Assembly: GCA_030068145.1 (NCBI GenBank)
Contig: JAPJBO010000158.1
Span: forward strand, 181,818 to 245,817
Origin: Diplonema papillatum
Lineage: Eukaryota
Direction of reading: 5' to 3'
DNA: 64,000 nucleotides
Shown here: one piece after another, positions 1 through 11,200 of the stretch
Layout of the letters: every line of letters begins with the position of its first letter
Numbering within the stretch: position 1 is the first letter of the stretch
Translations under genes and position numbers: made by a program
Notes under the pieces: generated by a model
Seen by the model: the letters and a program-made list of their open reading frames with translations, nothing else
Told to the model about the DNA's origin: nothing
The model's database searches: none

Positions 1-3000
1 TCCGAAAGCTTCTTGTGAAGACGACGCTCATGAAGAAAGCGACGACGGTACCGCCGAGGATAAGCCGTGTGATGACGTGAACACATCGGCGACCAGCAAA
101 GTTAAAGGCAAGCCGCCGCGCCCCCGTCACTTAACGGATCTTGCCATCGGCATGGAGCGTTGCTTAGAGGAGAATGCCTGCATCGTTGAAGCAGGCAGCG
201 ACGCGGGTTCGGTGGAAACGGTCTGCGAAATTGTTCCTGTATTGGTAGCGCGCGACGAGGCAGAACCAGGTGGCCGTTCCCGTGATATGAGACGGTGCGA
301 CACTCCTGGTGATCCGCGGTGGTGGCAAGAAATACCGACACTCGACGATTTAGCGGATCAGACACCAGACGACGACGAACAAACGGAGCAAATGTCGTTG
401 GCATCTTCCACACACCACCGTTCGACGTTCGAATCAAACGAGGATTTGCGGGAGAAAACTGAACCAGAGAATGGTCATCGAAAAAGTCCTTCAGCGGAAG
501 CCGAAAGTCATTCACCCAGTTCTGCCGGTGGCCGCTCGACGGCAAACGACGCAACAACATTGCAAACGGGAGAAAATAGCGCGCAAGAGGAATCGGGCAT
601 GGAGGTATCACGCGAATCAGAATCATGTCCAATACCGTCAATGGATGAGCCGGCAGAGGGGGAAACTACGCAACCTGCTCGTGTGCACGTAGAAGAACTT
701 ATAGACGACGAAGGCGAGGCGAAGGTACGGCAGCCGGTGAGCATGCCTGAGAAGCTGTTCGGGTTTGACGCATTTTGGTGCGAAAACTCTGTCGTCGGCG
801 TACCCGTGTTCTTCGCCAGAGCGGACACTGAGACTGATCACGGTCGTGGCGTCAAGCAGGTAGTGTCCTTGAGGGGGCCTGTGTCATTGCGCAACACAAG
901 CGCGATGGCGATCCACTTCACTGTGGGGCTCTTTTCGTTCACGTTGCCTCCTGCCATGCACGCGTCGGTGGCTATGCGGGTGCCAGTTGTGCTGGCGTAC
1001 TGCGAGGCGCGCAGCTTTCAGTTTTCCCCGGCTACGTTTTCGTCCACCGACGCGAACAACCGGACCCTCGGCTCACCGCAGATGTCATCGCCTGCTTCCG
1101 TCAGCACCGTGGCGCTCATCCGAAAAGTAGACCTGTTCACGACCCGAGACCCACCACATTCGCCATCCCTTGCGGTTCGTCCCGAATCCTCCGCTCTAAC
1201 CCAGCCCTCCGCGTTCCCTCCCCCGAACACCGTCGTCTCCTTCCCCAACGCGGACTCATCGCTTTTCTTCTTGTTTTCTACGACAGCAACTTCCAACGGT
1301 GATGCGTCGATCACCATCGAATCGCCGATTGTGGTGATAAACGACTTACCCCTCGACGTCACCGTGGCGTTCTCCCTTGTTCGTGTTCACACAATCGTCT
1401 CGAAGTCCGTCAGCAGAGGCTCAGAGGAAGCCGTCCACGAAGTTTCGCCTTCACACATCGACCAGTTGCATGCCGTGGTCTCGGCGACGAGCCCTTTTAC
1501 GGGGAAGCCGCAAACCTCGGTGCGCGTGGCCCTGTCGGAGAACGGGGAAGGCGGAAGCATGGAAGAAGAAGGCGGGCGGTTGAGGTCCTATTTCGTGCTG
1601 AGTCTACGCACGTCGCGGGAGCGCTCTGCCGACGAGCTGCTAGTCGAGGCGTGTTTCGAACGACCGGCCGCGTGCTTTCCAGACGCGGAACCCGTGCCGT
1701 TGCCGCACAGTGGCGATGGCAGCGACAGTCCCCAACGACACAGCTGCGTCCTCCACCTCTTCAGTAGGGTATGGGTAACCAACGGGACCCCACACTCACT
1801 CTCTCTCCAACCCCCTCCACCCGGTACCCCCCGGTCTGCCTCGACACCCCTGCGCATCTTTACCGAAGCTCTGCACATGTCCCAGTTCCAGCCTACGATC
1901 GACCCGACATCTCCATCGCGGTCCTCCACCGGCCATGCCTCTTCGCAATCACCCAATCACAACACAAACTGCTCCCTCCCGCGTGGGCTCCCCGTACCTT
2001 ACAGCTATGCTTGGGCACCGGGTGAGAACTCAATCTTCATCAACGACGTGCCCATCGAAGCGCAACCCGACTCTGTCACCAAGGTATTCGTCCCCGACGG
2101 GGGCTGCCTCCATGTAGTTATTCGAAATGCGGCAGGCGCGCAGTCGGCCTCGTCGTTTTCGAGCCACAGAGAGGTCCTCTTGGCCCCGCCAGCGGTCGTG
2201 CACAACGTCACTGCGAATGCACTGCGGGTCGAAACACCCAGCGAAGTGGTCTGCGTCCCTTCAGGCGAAACGCGGCTGCTGCGGCACGCGCTCAGCGGTG
2301 AGGCCAATGTCTGTCGGTTGAGCCACCCGCACCGAGATGCACTGGGCCGGTGCAAACCGACAGAACAGCCTTCCGTCGAGAACGTGAAGGGCAAGCGCGA
2401 CGTTGGAGAAGACGCGGCGCTTGCAGCGCCCTCGGTTCCGCCGAAGGAACAGCTCGTGGTCGGACGGGATCAAGAGCTCGATACCGCTGAGCACGCGGAG
2501 GACGACGACCTCGTCGCGATCGCGTGGCTCCCGCCAGTGTCCGTCGCGGTACCGGCCCCGGGGGACGGTGCAAAAAACGTATGCCTCCACGGCACGTGGG
2601 CACCCCTTTCAGCAACCGTCGACGACATCACCGAGTCTCTGCACATCACAGTCGGCACTTTGCACCCGGCGGTGGCTCCCCTGAAGATTTTGAACGACAC
2701 GTGGCAAACGGTGCGCGTGGGTGAGCCACCCAGCAGGATTGTCGTTCCCGCGTTCACCGAAAGGTTCGTGCATCTCCCAGACGCTTCCGTTCGCGAGGTT
2801 CCTATGTGGATAGGTGACCGAGAGGCGAAGTATACAATCCAAATGGGCAGTGCGGAAGAGGTTGTCGCTGTCCAGGGTGAGATGGAAGGCGACGACGAAG
2901 TTGTTGTGAACGTCGTATTCCGCGGCCGAGTGGGAGCTAGCGCCCTGATCCAAATTGGCAGGAAGGATGTCGCTCGCATGGAGAATGAAGAGAAGCAGCC

Positions 3001-3715
3001 CGCCGGGGTGTGGGTCGTAAAAGTCGACAAAGTGCGCGCCGTTGGGGAGGCTAACGGTGTGCCCGACCGGTTATTTGAAGGGGTCGTGCGCAAGATGCTG
3101 TTCGAACTCAGACAAGGGGCAGACGGAACCATCCAGCGGGCCCACTGGAAAGTCGATAGCGTCGTGGTGGACTCCCAGGCGATCCAGCACCTGCTGCAAG
3201 CCGGGGAGAAAATCCTGCAGTTCTACCCGGACGCGTTCCCTCGCGTCGCGCTGCCCCTCCGTTACACCGGATCGCCCGTGGCTTCATTGGAGGTCATCGA
3301 TCTACCTCCACTGACAACAGAAGCCTGGTGGCGATCCAACGGTTTGCGTGCGCTGCTAAGTGTGGCCAGTGTGCAGGCCGACACGTCGGTTGCCAAGTTC
3401 GTCGAGCTAGCCATCGCCGCAGCTATCGCGCCCGATGCCACCGCACGGACAGACGCGTTCTTTTCGTTCCTCTCACGGGAGGCCCCGGCGCTCGCCCGCA
3501 TCGTCCAAGCATCGCCCGAAGGCGCCCTGCTAACCCCGGGCAACCTGCTCGAACCTGAGAGAAGAGGTCCCATCCTCACGGCCGCCCTGTTGGAGGTGAG
3601 CCGCCTCTCCAACCCTGACGAGCTGCACGCATTCGGGCTCGGTGCCTTGCGCACGCTTTTGAAGTGGCGCTTCGGCGTCAACGCAGATCAAGGTGTGCGA
3701 CCCTCCGTCATCTGA
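1..3715 (+). CDS. hypothetical large protein, 5'-partial (reading frame open to the window edge); Ser/Pro/Thr-rich N-terminal half, mixed-composition C-terminal half
   Basis: 1212-aa ORF in the track (77..3715). The same frame has no stop back to position 1, so the gene starts upstream of the window. The C-terminal ~450 aa has non-repetitive, protein-like composition. Antisense ORFs are short. No family recognised. Confidence 0.45.
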   Translation, partial: PKASCEDDAHEESDDGTAEDKPCDDVNTSATSKVKGKPPRPRHLTDLAIGMERCLEENACIVEAGSDAGSVETVCEIVPVLVARDEAEPGGRSRDMRRCDTPGDPRWWQEIPTLDDLADQTPDDDEQTEQMSLASSTHHRSTFESNEDLREKTEPENGHRKSPSAEAESHSPSSAGGRSTANDATTLQTGENSAQEESGMEVSRESESCPIPSMDEPAEGETTQPARVHVEELIDDEGEAKVRQPVSMPEKLFGFDAFWCENSVVGVPVFFARADTETDHGRGVKQVVSLRGPVSLRNTSAMAIHFTVGLFSFTLPPAMHASVAMRVPVVLAYCEARSFQFSPATFSSTDANNRTLGSPQMSSPASVSTVALIRKVDLFTTRDPPHSPSLAVRPESSALTQPSAFPPPNTVVSFPNADSSLFFLFSTTATSNGDASITIESPIVVINDLPLDVTVAFSLVRVHTIVSKSVSRGSEEAVHEVSPSHIDQLHAVVSATSPFTGKPQTSVRVALSENGEGGSMEEEGGRLRSYFVLSLRTSRERSADELLVEACFERPAACFPDAEPVPLPHSGDGSDSPQRHSCVLHLFSRVWVTNGTPHSLSLQPPPPGTPRSASTPLRIFTEALHMSQFQPTIDPTSPSRSSTGHASSQSPNHNTNCSLPRGLPVPYSYAWAPGENSIFINDVPIEAQPDSVTKVFVPDGGCLHVVIRNAAGAQSASSFSSHREVLLAPPAVVHNVTANALRVETPSEVVCVPSGETRLLRHALSGEANVCRLSHPHRDALGRCKPTEQPSVENVKGKRDVGEDAALAAPSVPPKEQLVVGRDQELDTAEHAEDDDLVAIAWLPPVSVAVPAPGDGAKNVCLHGTWAPLSATVDDITESLHITVGTLHPAVAPLKILNDTWQTVRVGEPPSRIVVPAFTERFVHLPDASVREVPMWIGDREAKYTIQMGSAEEVVAVQGEMEGDDEVVVNVVFRGRVGASALIQIGRKDVARMENEEKQPAGVWVVKVDKVRAVGEANGVPDRLFEGVVRKMLFELRQGADGTIQRAHWKVDSVVVDSQAIQHLLQAGEKILQFYPDAFPRVALPLRYTGSPVASLEVIDLPPLTTEAWWRSNGLRALLSVASVQADTSVAKFVELAIAAAIAPDATARTDAFFSFLSREAPALARIVQASPEGALLTPGNLLEPERRGPILTAALLEVSRLSNPDELHAFGLGALRTLLKWRFGVNADQGVRPSVI

Positions 3716-3947
3716 GTGCATTCTTCTTCTGTTTGCCTGCACGAGCTCTTTTCGTTTTTACTTGCCCCATCGTAGTACGGGGGAGAACGCGGGAGTGGGC
3801 CCTGGGTGTTTGACCAGGTTTTTAGGATATCCAATCGTATAAATGGATCCTGTTGAGGAACACATGAGTCTGCAGTATACCCTTTTCCAGACGGGAGAGT
3901 TGAGAAGGTGACAACCTTGCTGGTGTTGGGTACAGCGCGTTGTCAAA

Positions 3948-6900
3948 GTGAAGACATGCTGTTGTGGATGCATTCGTACAGCCTGCTCCAGGGTCGCCCA
4001 TTTTGAGCCACAAACGGATAACAATTACGTTCGACCCGTTGTCTTTCCCTGCAAGTTTGCATTACCGCAAAACCCCCCACTTCTCAATCCGTTTGCCCGA
4101 ACCTTTCCCAAAACGCGCACAGCCACCGCGAAGGGCGTTGCCACGGCGGTCATCGCTGACGTGACGAAGGCCCGGTGGGGCACCGGCAGCGGCGTGCTGC
4201 TTGGGTTTGTCCTCCGCCACGTGAAGGTCGCCGACATCGCGAGGAAGCTGGCGGTGCAAGCCGACGCCGCGACCGAGGCGGGGGCCGCCCGCGTCAAGAC
4301 GCTGCAAGCGCTGTGCAGCTCCAGCAGCCTCGCAGACTTCAAGCGGCGCGCCCAGGCCGCCGCCGACGAGCTGCGCGACCAGCAGTTCCAAGAAGCTGTC
4401 GACGAGGCGTGCACGGCGAACTTCGACCCCAAAGACGTCAGGGCCGCTTTGTTGGAAGCCCTCCAACCACGAACCTCCCCCGACCAACGTCAACCGGGGC
4501 CGGCCAACACCGACGAAGCACAGCCGGAGGCGCAGGTTCAGCCAACCCGAGTGTCAAGCTCTGCGACCGCGGGCGGGCAGGAAGAGAGCGACGAGGAACG
4601 GGAGGTGGGCCGGCTGGTCAGGGAAGTCGAGCGGGCCGCTGCTGGCTTGTTGGATTCGGCGCTTGTCAAAAGGGTGCTGTCGGTCGTCCGCGACGCGGTC
4701 GAGCAGGAGGCCGGGGAGGCCACCCCGCAGCAGCAGCTGCGCAGGGTCGCCGCCGCCGCCGCGCGCGCCGCCGGCGCCGAAGCGAAGCAAGCCGCCGCCC
4801 ACCCGCTGGCGGACGGGAGGGACGCGTGGCTCGCAGCGGCCCTCTCCGGGCCCGCGCGCCGCGCCGCCGCGAAGGGGGAGGCCGCCGACGTCCTCGCCGG
4901 CGCCCGCTCGGCGTTTCCGGATGCCGAATCCGCGCCCGCAGCCGTGCTCGCTTTCAGAGAATCCCTCGAGGTCTTCATACGCGACGATGATGGCAATGCC
5001 GACGACGCCGACAACCCGCAATCAGCGGACGACAGCCGGGCGGCTCTGGTCGCCCGTGCTAAAGTCGCGCGGCAGGAGGACGGCGTGCCGAGCGAGCTGG
5101 CTTCGGGGATCGAACGCTTGGAACGGCTGCTGGGCAGCAGCAGCGACGGCGGCGGCGGCGGCGGCGGCTTCGTGCCGCTGGCAGCGCGGGCGTTGCTGGC
5201 GCGCGTGGACGGGATGGCGGCGCAGGGTGGCCGCGCCGGGCGAGCCGCCGCGGCGCTGCGGCGGGACCTCGCCGCTCTGGTCTCCGGGGCCGGCGGAGGC
5301 GATGCGGCGCGGAGCGTGGCGCGCGGGCTGGCCGAGTTTCCGGAGGAAGGCCTGCCAGCGCCCTTCCGCGTGCTTCGAAGCTGGGTCGGCGACCCGACGC
5401 AGCTCGACGGGTTCCCCGCCGCTGCGGAGGCGGTCCGAAACGGCATCTCGCGGGTGGAAGCGGGCGCGGCACGTGCGAGACAAACCTTGGCCGGTGAAGG
5501 TGACGGTGACCCGGCCGCACGCTTCGACCAGTTCCTGGACGGAGCGTCCGAGGCCCACCTCATCCGAGCCCTCCGGGGCTGGGCGGAGGACCGAGCGCAC
5601 GGCGGTTTCCCCGCCGCTGCGGAGGCGGTTCGGAACGGCATCTCGCGGGTGGAGGAGGGCGCGGCGGCCGCGAGGCGAGCCTTGGCCGGCGGCGATGACG
5701 GCTTCGACCAGTTCTCGCAGGCCCATTTCGCCCGCGTGCGCACCGCCCTGCGGTCCATCCAGGACGAGCTATCGACCGCCGACTCCGAACTGACCGGCCT
5801 TCCCCCCTGGGTGCAAGGCCGGCTCGCGTCCCTGCAACGGTCGCCTGCCGCGGAAAGCCTGCCGGCCGGCGTGCGGGCCGCGCTTTCGCAGGCGCGCGGC
5901 GCAGCGGCCGCCGAAGGCGGCCGAGTGGCAGACGGCGTCTCGCGGGCTCTGGCGCAGGTAGACGCGCTCGAGTCGCTGACCCGCGGCGGAGACGGAGCCT
6001 CGGCCGAAGCAGCGCGGGCGCTGCTCCCGGAATCGGTGCAGGCCGGGCTTCGACGGGTTGGACAGCCTGGCGAACAAGGCGCCGCGCCCATCGTGGACTG
6101 GCTGCACGAGTTGCTCGACGGCGTGAACGCAACCGCCGCGGCCGCGCGCCGCGAGGTGGACAATGCACTTGCGGCGGACGGCTCGGACGCCGCCCGCCGG
6201 CACCTGGCGGCCGCCGCGGCCGGAAGCCTGGACAGGTTTCAAACAGACGGGGCCCTACCCGGCCCGGTGCTCGATGCTCTGCGCCGGGCCCGAGACCTCG
6301 TATCGTCCGCCGGGGGGCAGGGCGCCGCGCGGGCTATGGCGAAGGCGGAAGCGCAGCTGCTGGGCGGCGAACGGGGGGCGGTCGGAAACGCGGTTGCCGC
6401 GGTCCAAAAGGAGCTGAGGGCCTTCGCCGAAGGGACGGACACCCTGGGGTCCGAGGCGCTCGGCAAGGCGCGGGCGCACCTGCGCTCTCTTGTGGGCCCC
6501 GACGAGCGGTCGTCAGAGACGGTGGTCCAGAAGCTGGCGGCGTTGGAAGAAGACGGTGGACTCCTCGAGCCCGTGCGCGACACTCTGCGCCAAGCTCGCG
6601 AACTTGCATCGGTCGGGGGACAAGGCGTGTCTCGGGCTTTGGCGAAGGTTGAAGCGATGCTAAGTGATCAGGCCGCAACCAGGGATGCTGTCGCTGCTGT
6701 GCAAGAAAAGCTGGGCTCCTTCGCCGAGGGAACAGACACTCTGGGGTCCGAGGCGCTCGGCAAGGCGCGGGCGCACCTGCGCTCTTTTGCGGGTTCCGAC
6801 GACCTGTCGCCAGAAACGGTGGTCCAGAAGCTGGCGGCGTTGGAAGAAGACGGAGCACTCCTCGAGCCCGTGCGCGACACTCTGCGCCAAGCTCGCGAAC

Positions 6901-7514
6901 TTGCATCGGTCGGGGGACAAGGCGTTTCTCGGGCTTTGGCGAAGATTGAAGCGATGCTGAGTGATCAGGCCGCAACCAGGGATGCCGTCGCTGCTGTGCA
7001 AGAAAAGCTGGGCTCTTTCGTGCAAGGTAAAGGAGAAGCAGCTTACGACGAGCAAGCACAGGGTGAGCCTGGGGATTCAACAGACCACGTCGATACCACG
7101 GATGCCGGTGATCCTGCTGCGCAGCAGAGAGATCCAACTAACCACGTCGATGCTGCTGTGCACCTTGAGGCTCACGACAAGCAAACACAGGGTGAACCTG
7201 GTGATCCAAAGGATCACGCCAATACCACGGATGCCGGTGCTCCTGCTGCGCAGGAGGAGGATTCAACTAACCACGTCGATGCTGTGCACCTTGAGGCCCA
7301 CGACGAGCAACCCCAGGATGAACCTGGTGATCCAAAGTATGGTGCCAATACCACGGACGTCCTTCCTACTGTACAACATGCTCTGGGCGAGTCCAGAAAT
7401 TCAACGGACCACGTCGATACCATAGATGTCGTTGCTCCTGCTGCGGAGCAGGGGAATCCACCGAAGCACGTCGATGCTGCTGGGCACCTTGAGGCTCACG
7501 ACGAGACAGGGTGA
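3948..7514 (+). CDS. Ala-rich repetitive protein of unknown function, with nested in-frame tandem repeats
   Basis: 1188-aa ORF. Internal ~100-aa units (LLEPVRDTLRQARELASVGGQGVSRALAKxEAMLSDQAATRDAVAAVQEKLGSF...) are repeated about 2.5 times. A GFPAAAEAVRNGISRVE unit occurs twice. A C-terminal acidic unit (QGEPGD.TDHVDTTDAGDPAAQ) occurs about four times. The antisense ORF 4538..6163 is a low-complexity S/A/R/P artefact. Confidence 0.5.
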   Translation: MKTCCCGCIRTACSRVAHFEPQTDNNYVRPVVFPCKFALPQNPPLLNPFARTFPKTRTATAKGVATAVIADVTKARWGTGSGVLLGFVLRHVKVADIARKLAVQADAATEAGAARVKTLQALCSSSSLADFKRRAQAAADELRDQQFQEAVDEACTANFDPKDVRAALLEALQPRTSPDQRQPGPANTDEAQPEAQVQPTRVSSSATAGGQEESDEEREVGRLVREVERAAAGLLDSALVKRVLSVVRDAVEQEAGEATPQQQLRRVAAAAARAAGAEAKQAAAHPLADGRDAWLAAALSGPARRAAAKGEAADVLAGARSAFPDAESAPAAVLAFRESLEVFIRDDDGNADDADNPQSADDSRAALVARAKVARQEDGVPSELASGIERLERLLGSSSDGGGGGGGFVPLAARALLARVDGMAAQGGRAGRAAAALRRDLAALVSGAGGGDAARSVARGLAEFPEEGLPAPFRVLRSWVGDPTQLDGFPAAAEAVRNGISRVEAGAARARQTLAGEGDGDPAARFDQFLDGASEAHLIRALRGWAEDRAHGGFPAAAEAVRNGISRVEEGAAAARRALAGGDDGFDQFSQAHFARVRTALRSIQDELSTADSELTGLPPWVQGRLASLQRSPAAESLPAGVRAALSQARGAAAAEGGRVADGVSRALAQVDALESLTRGGDGASAEAARALLPESVQAGLRRVGQPGEQGAAPIVDWLHELLDGVNATAAAARREVDNALAADGSDAARRHLAAAAAGSLDRFQTDGALPGPVLDALRRARDLVSSAGGQGAARAMAKAEAQLLGGERGAVGNAVAAVQKELRAFAEGTDTLGSEALGKARAHLRSLVGPDERSSETVVQKLAALEEDGGLLEPVRDTLRQARELASVGGQGVSRALAKVEAMLSDQAATRDAVAAVQEKLGSFAEGTDTLGSEALGKARAHLRSFAGSDDLSPETVVQKLAALEEDGALLEPVRDTLRQARELASVGGQGVSRALAKIEAMLSDQAATRDAVAAVQEKLGSFVQGKGEAAYDEQAQGEPGDSTDHVDTTDAGDPAAQQRDPTNHVDAAVHLEAHDKQTQGEPGDPKDHANTTDAGAPAAQEEDSTNHVDAVHLEAHDEQPQDEPGDPKYGANTTDVLPTVQHALGESRNSTDHVDTIDVVAPAAEQGNPPKHVDAAGHLEAHDETG
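6240..7510 (+). repeat. in-frame tandem repeats inside the Ala-rich gene (~300-bp units 6240-7020; ~120-bp acidic units 7060-7510)
   Basis: Near-identical DNA blocks: 6400-6700 vs 6700-7000, and 7060-7180 vs 7190-7310 vs 7320-7500. Confidence 0.7.
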
Positions 7515-7812
7515 ACCTGGCGATCCAAAGGATCACGCGAATACCACGGATGCCGTCACTCCCACAGGGCAACCGGAGTAAGGTACCCATGCCAAAGACG
7601 AAAAGACGAAGCATCCACATACGTGGTAGACCGTAGAAGACTGCCGAGCGCGGCACACCTTAACCCTGCAGGTTAACAAGTGCAGCCCCCCCTGTTTCAA
7701 CTGCATACGAAACTAGCATCTCTCCCCTTCCGAGACATCGCCACTCACACTTTCACCCTGTGGAAGTCGTGCTTCGTGGTGGTTGGTTGCGCCAAACCCT
7801 AGCAACCCCCTT

Positions 7813-7925
7813 TTGTTAACAATACAATGTTGGTACTAAAAATTAGTAGTTGGCAGCGTACTACCAAAGCAGGGGAGTTCTGCTGCGAGAATCAACCCTG
7901 CACGAAAGACAGCACTGCTGCCTGA
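7813..7925 (+). ncRNA. SL-RNA-like small element, degenerate copy a (donor reads CAGGGGAGT; internal deletion)
   Basis: Shares ttgttaacaat.caatgttggtactaaaaattagtagttggcagcgtactac...aaagcagg.gagtt with the copies at 32492, 42545(-) and 57900. Confidence 0.3.
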
Positions 7926-8127
7926 ACATTATTAACCCAAAATTCCCCCCCTTCCTCCGAAAACATCGCCACTCACCGCCGCGCTGGCTCACCGACGAGC
8001 CTCCGCAAGCACCTAGCTTCGCCTCCACCGCTTCAACAGCTGTTTAAAGTAGAGGCGAGTCCTTAATAAAAAAGGCCACACCGTCTCCGTTTCACTCCGA
8101 ATTCGCTTACGGCGGCCGTTTCTTTTT

Positions 8128-8255
8128 TATTTTCGAAAGTATGCTAATACTGCAGGAATAGTTGACTAGCCCTCTTGAGTTTGTGTTAACCACGATTTGG
8201 GGTGTCGGGAGAACCTAACGTAGCCTAAAGCAGGACCGACCCCTTCGTTCGTGAG
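8128..8255 (+). repeat. dispersed repeat (gaaagtatgctaatactgcaggaatagttgactagccctcttgagtttg...), second copy at 32300-32400
   Basis: Direct sequence similarity between 8128-8255 and 32296-32400. Both copies start after a T-run. Confidence 0.6.
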
Positions 8256-11200
8256 AAAAAGCGAAGAAACAAAACAGTCTTTTTTCCAGCTGTCTTCGTC
8301 AAGAGCTGCGACTCAACTATTCATTGAACAAGCACCTTCTTCGAGGGAAATGCGCAAAGAGGTCGTCAGTTGCGAAAGGGGGAAATGTGGCGTAAGCGTT
8401 CAACCAGACCAGATCGAGAAATCTTGTACCGAACATGAACTGTTGGAGGCAACGAGAGAAGCTCTCACTGCAGACCGCCTCTCACCAATTGAGCGCAAAA
8501 AATGTAAGGCCCTTGTTGCCGTGCATCGTTTGCTGTTGCGACGCACTTACCACAGTGCACCTCCGGTCGCTGGTTAGGCTGCGGAGCACATGAATACCGC
8601 GAAGTAAAACAAGATCTCAATGGGAGAGTCCAGTTAACCCGACCACGAATAACAGTTGTGGTGGAGGAGATCGGGTATTGTTGCTGGTTGGTTGCGTGTT
8701 TTCGGTGCAGCGGTTGTTCTACTGAACGTAAACCCTCCCATTCATAATGGCTCCCACCTTGGTCCGCCACTGGCTTGTTGTTCTGTCCACCACTTCCTCC
8801 ACCCACGTTGCGTAAGGTCTTGTCCCCTCTCTCTCTCTCTCTGCGGCCCCGCCGCCTCTAGCCTGCCCGCAGCCTTTTCTGCCCTCCAGAGGGCAAGGGG
8901 CTCACTAAACTTCGCACCAAAAAGATTTGTTCGCTCGTTCGTGCAAGGCTGACCGTGTCTCGCCTTGCAGACGCGAACATGCCCCTTTTCTTTCTTATCC
9001 TTCACAGTTCCCCACACGTCTCCCTTCCGCCTTTTTTTTTGCCGTATCTCGTTGGTGCTCCACCATCCCCTGGGCTCCGTGAAGTTTTGCAGTGGTTGCC
9101 TCGGTGCAACCGCTGTGCGAAAAAGCCGGCAGCAGGTCAGGAGACGGCCTACAACCGCAGATGCTCTTCTGTTCTGGACCTCCGGGACCCTACAAGCGAA
9201 TTTGACTTCCAAACCCATACCAGGAAATCAGGATCGGGCTGTGCTGCGGCCTCACAATTGGCACATCTCCCTTTCAGTGCGGCTTGTGGGGTTTGCCACG
9301 CTGCACGTATTAGGCTCCCACAAACTGGGATGCGGCGGCGATTGCATATCAGACAACAAGGAGCTCGCCCTGTGCTGCCCGAGACCACCCTCGGTCATTC
9401 ACGGATCCAGAATGCCACCGAAAGCCGAAGACCCGTCACTGCAGGGGCTTATATATGAATAGCAAACGTGGGCCGTCTCCCAAGTTTACTGTTTACCCGA
9501 AAAAAAACTTGGGCGGGCGGGAAAATAAACGATAATTTTCTGAACAGGCAGTTCTTTTTTTGGGTGTTGGCCAGGGTCAGTCAGGGCACCATGCCACCGA
9601 AGAAGCGGGCGAGATTCGATGGCACGGCTTTTTAGCTCCAAATGCAGAACCTGCTGGGCATGCTCGAGTGCGCCCAGGAAGGAGAAGTGTCAGCAGCTCA
9701 AGTCGAAAGCGCAACATCAGCCAATATTCGGGTTATCGCACCCACGACTGCCACTCTAGCCGACTTCATGAAACAACAACTCGCTCCCAGAGGATTCGCA
9801 TACATGCAGGAACTATGTGCGGGAATTATGCAACATCGCAGAGAAGTCTAGATTACGTAGACCTCTGTCTCCGTGGTGTCTTGTATTGACCGGAGCAGGT
9901 GCTGGCGCCAGGAAACTAGTTCGGGGCCAACGTTCTCAGTTGGAACACAAACAGACCCTGTTTCCCCAACGCCCTTACCCGATCTTCTTGCCGCAGCGCG
10001 TTCTGACTGCCAAGTTGGCACCTGCAGCAGTGTCCAACGTGGGACGAGAAGCGTCGGAAACTTCTGCCAAAAGGCAACATTCCAACTGCCCAAGTTTCAC
10101 CCACTGCACTCCCAACCTCCGCCAAATCTCTCAGACCCATATAAGTCCCTGGGCCCGTCAGTCTTAAATAATACTCTCCTCCTCGCCCGTCTCGCTGCTC
10201 CGTACTCGCTGCTCTCGTCCTTGCTGCTGCGTGATGTCAGATTGATGGTGCGTAACAAACGTAGAAAGGTCATGCAGAGATTCTCGTGTGTATGCCACGA
10301 ACTTCTTCGTGACGCCTCAGGACACTGGACTTGAAGATAAAAATGGGCAAGGGTGGGTGGGCAAGCGAGGGGTAAAATTACGGTGTTCTTCTCGGGAGCG
10401 ACGGGGTAATAACCTTTGTACAAGTGTTAGTTCTCGTCGGAATAGTATTAATCTTCTAAGATCTTCGATCTTATACGACTAAAAAGAATAAGACGAACCA
10501 GTTTGGCTACCTTGAAATGGACATAGTTATCCTGCCGTTCACCCGCCCCGCGCTGGACCTGGTCTCTCAGCGTTGACATTCAAGGCACTGGGCAGAAGTC
10601 ACCTTCCACTCGCCACCGCTGACACGAAGCGAAATGCAGTGATCCGTGTTGGGCGGGCGCTCCGTTCACTCAATTCACTCAGTGTTTGAGGCTGCTTTCC
10701 TGCGCTCCCTCGTTGCATCGGGCGGTCCTAGTTGTAAATTTGTTGCACTAGTGTGTGGGCCTTTGAAGCGTGGATGATGCCTCTCGCGCTGCTCCCCTTG
10801 AGGTTCCTGGCTCATGCCAAAGCGCCGCCGCCCGGGTTAAGGGGTTGCGGCATCAGGCGTGGGCCAGGGCCAGGGAGACTGTTCGGAGGGGTCACCACCC
10901 GGGCTTCGTTACTTCACTGCCCCCGGCTCTCCCCGGCCTTCGTCATCCCGGGGGAGGGTTTCACGGCCATCCCCCCCCGCGTGGGGAATGGACTGGTGCT
11001 GTGCCGCGGGTCCTTCCGTGCGTCCTCGCGACGTCGCCGCTGTCGATGTCGCTGCCGAATTTGTTGCATTAGTGTGATTGTCAGGCCTTCGACTACCCTG
11101 AGCAACGCACTTACACATCGGGCGGTCCTAGTTGATACGCTATGAACAGCCACCCGGACCAAACCCGCATGCGGGTCTACCCCTACACGACAAACCACAC

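Noticed and set aside
4538-6163. Long antisense ORFs opposite the coding genes: 4538..6163(-), 24684..26399(-), 25616..27883(-), 26628..27938(-), 28595..29614(-), 30053..31030(-), 42664..44208(-), 54652..56223(-), 60319..61272(-)
   Set aside because: Their composition is low-complexity Ser/Ala/Arg/Pro, as expected from the reverse strand of GC3-rich coding sequence. They overlap one another in different frames. The sense strands carry recognisable conserved proteins.
7530-8260. Telomeric or subtelomeric repeat (CCCTAA-type)
   Set aside because: Only isolated ccctaa hexamers occur (for example 51006 and 52038), and there is no tandem array.
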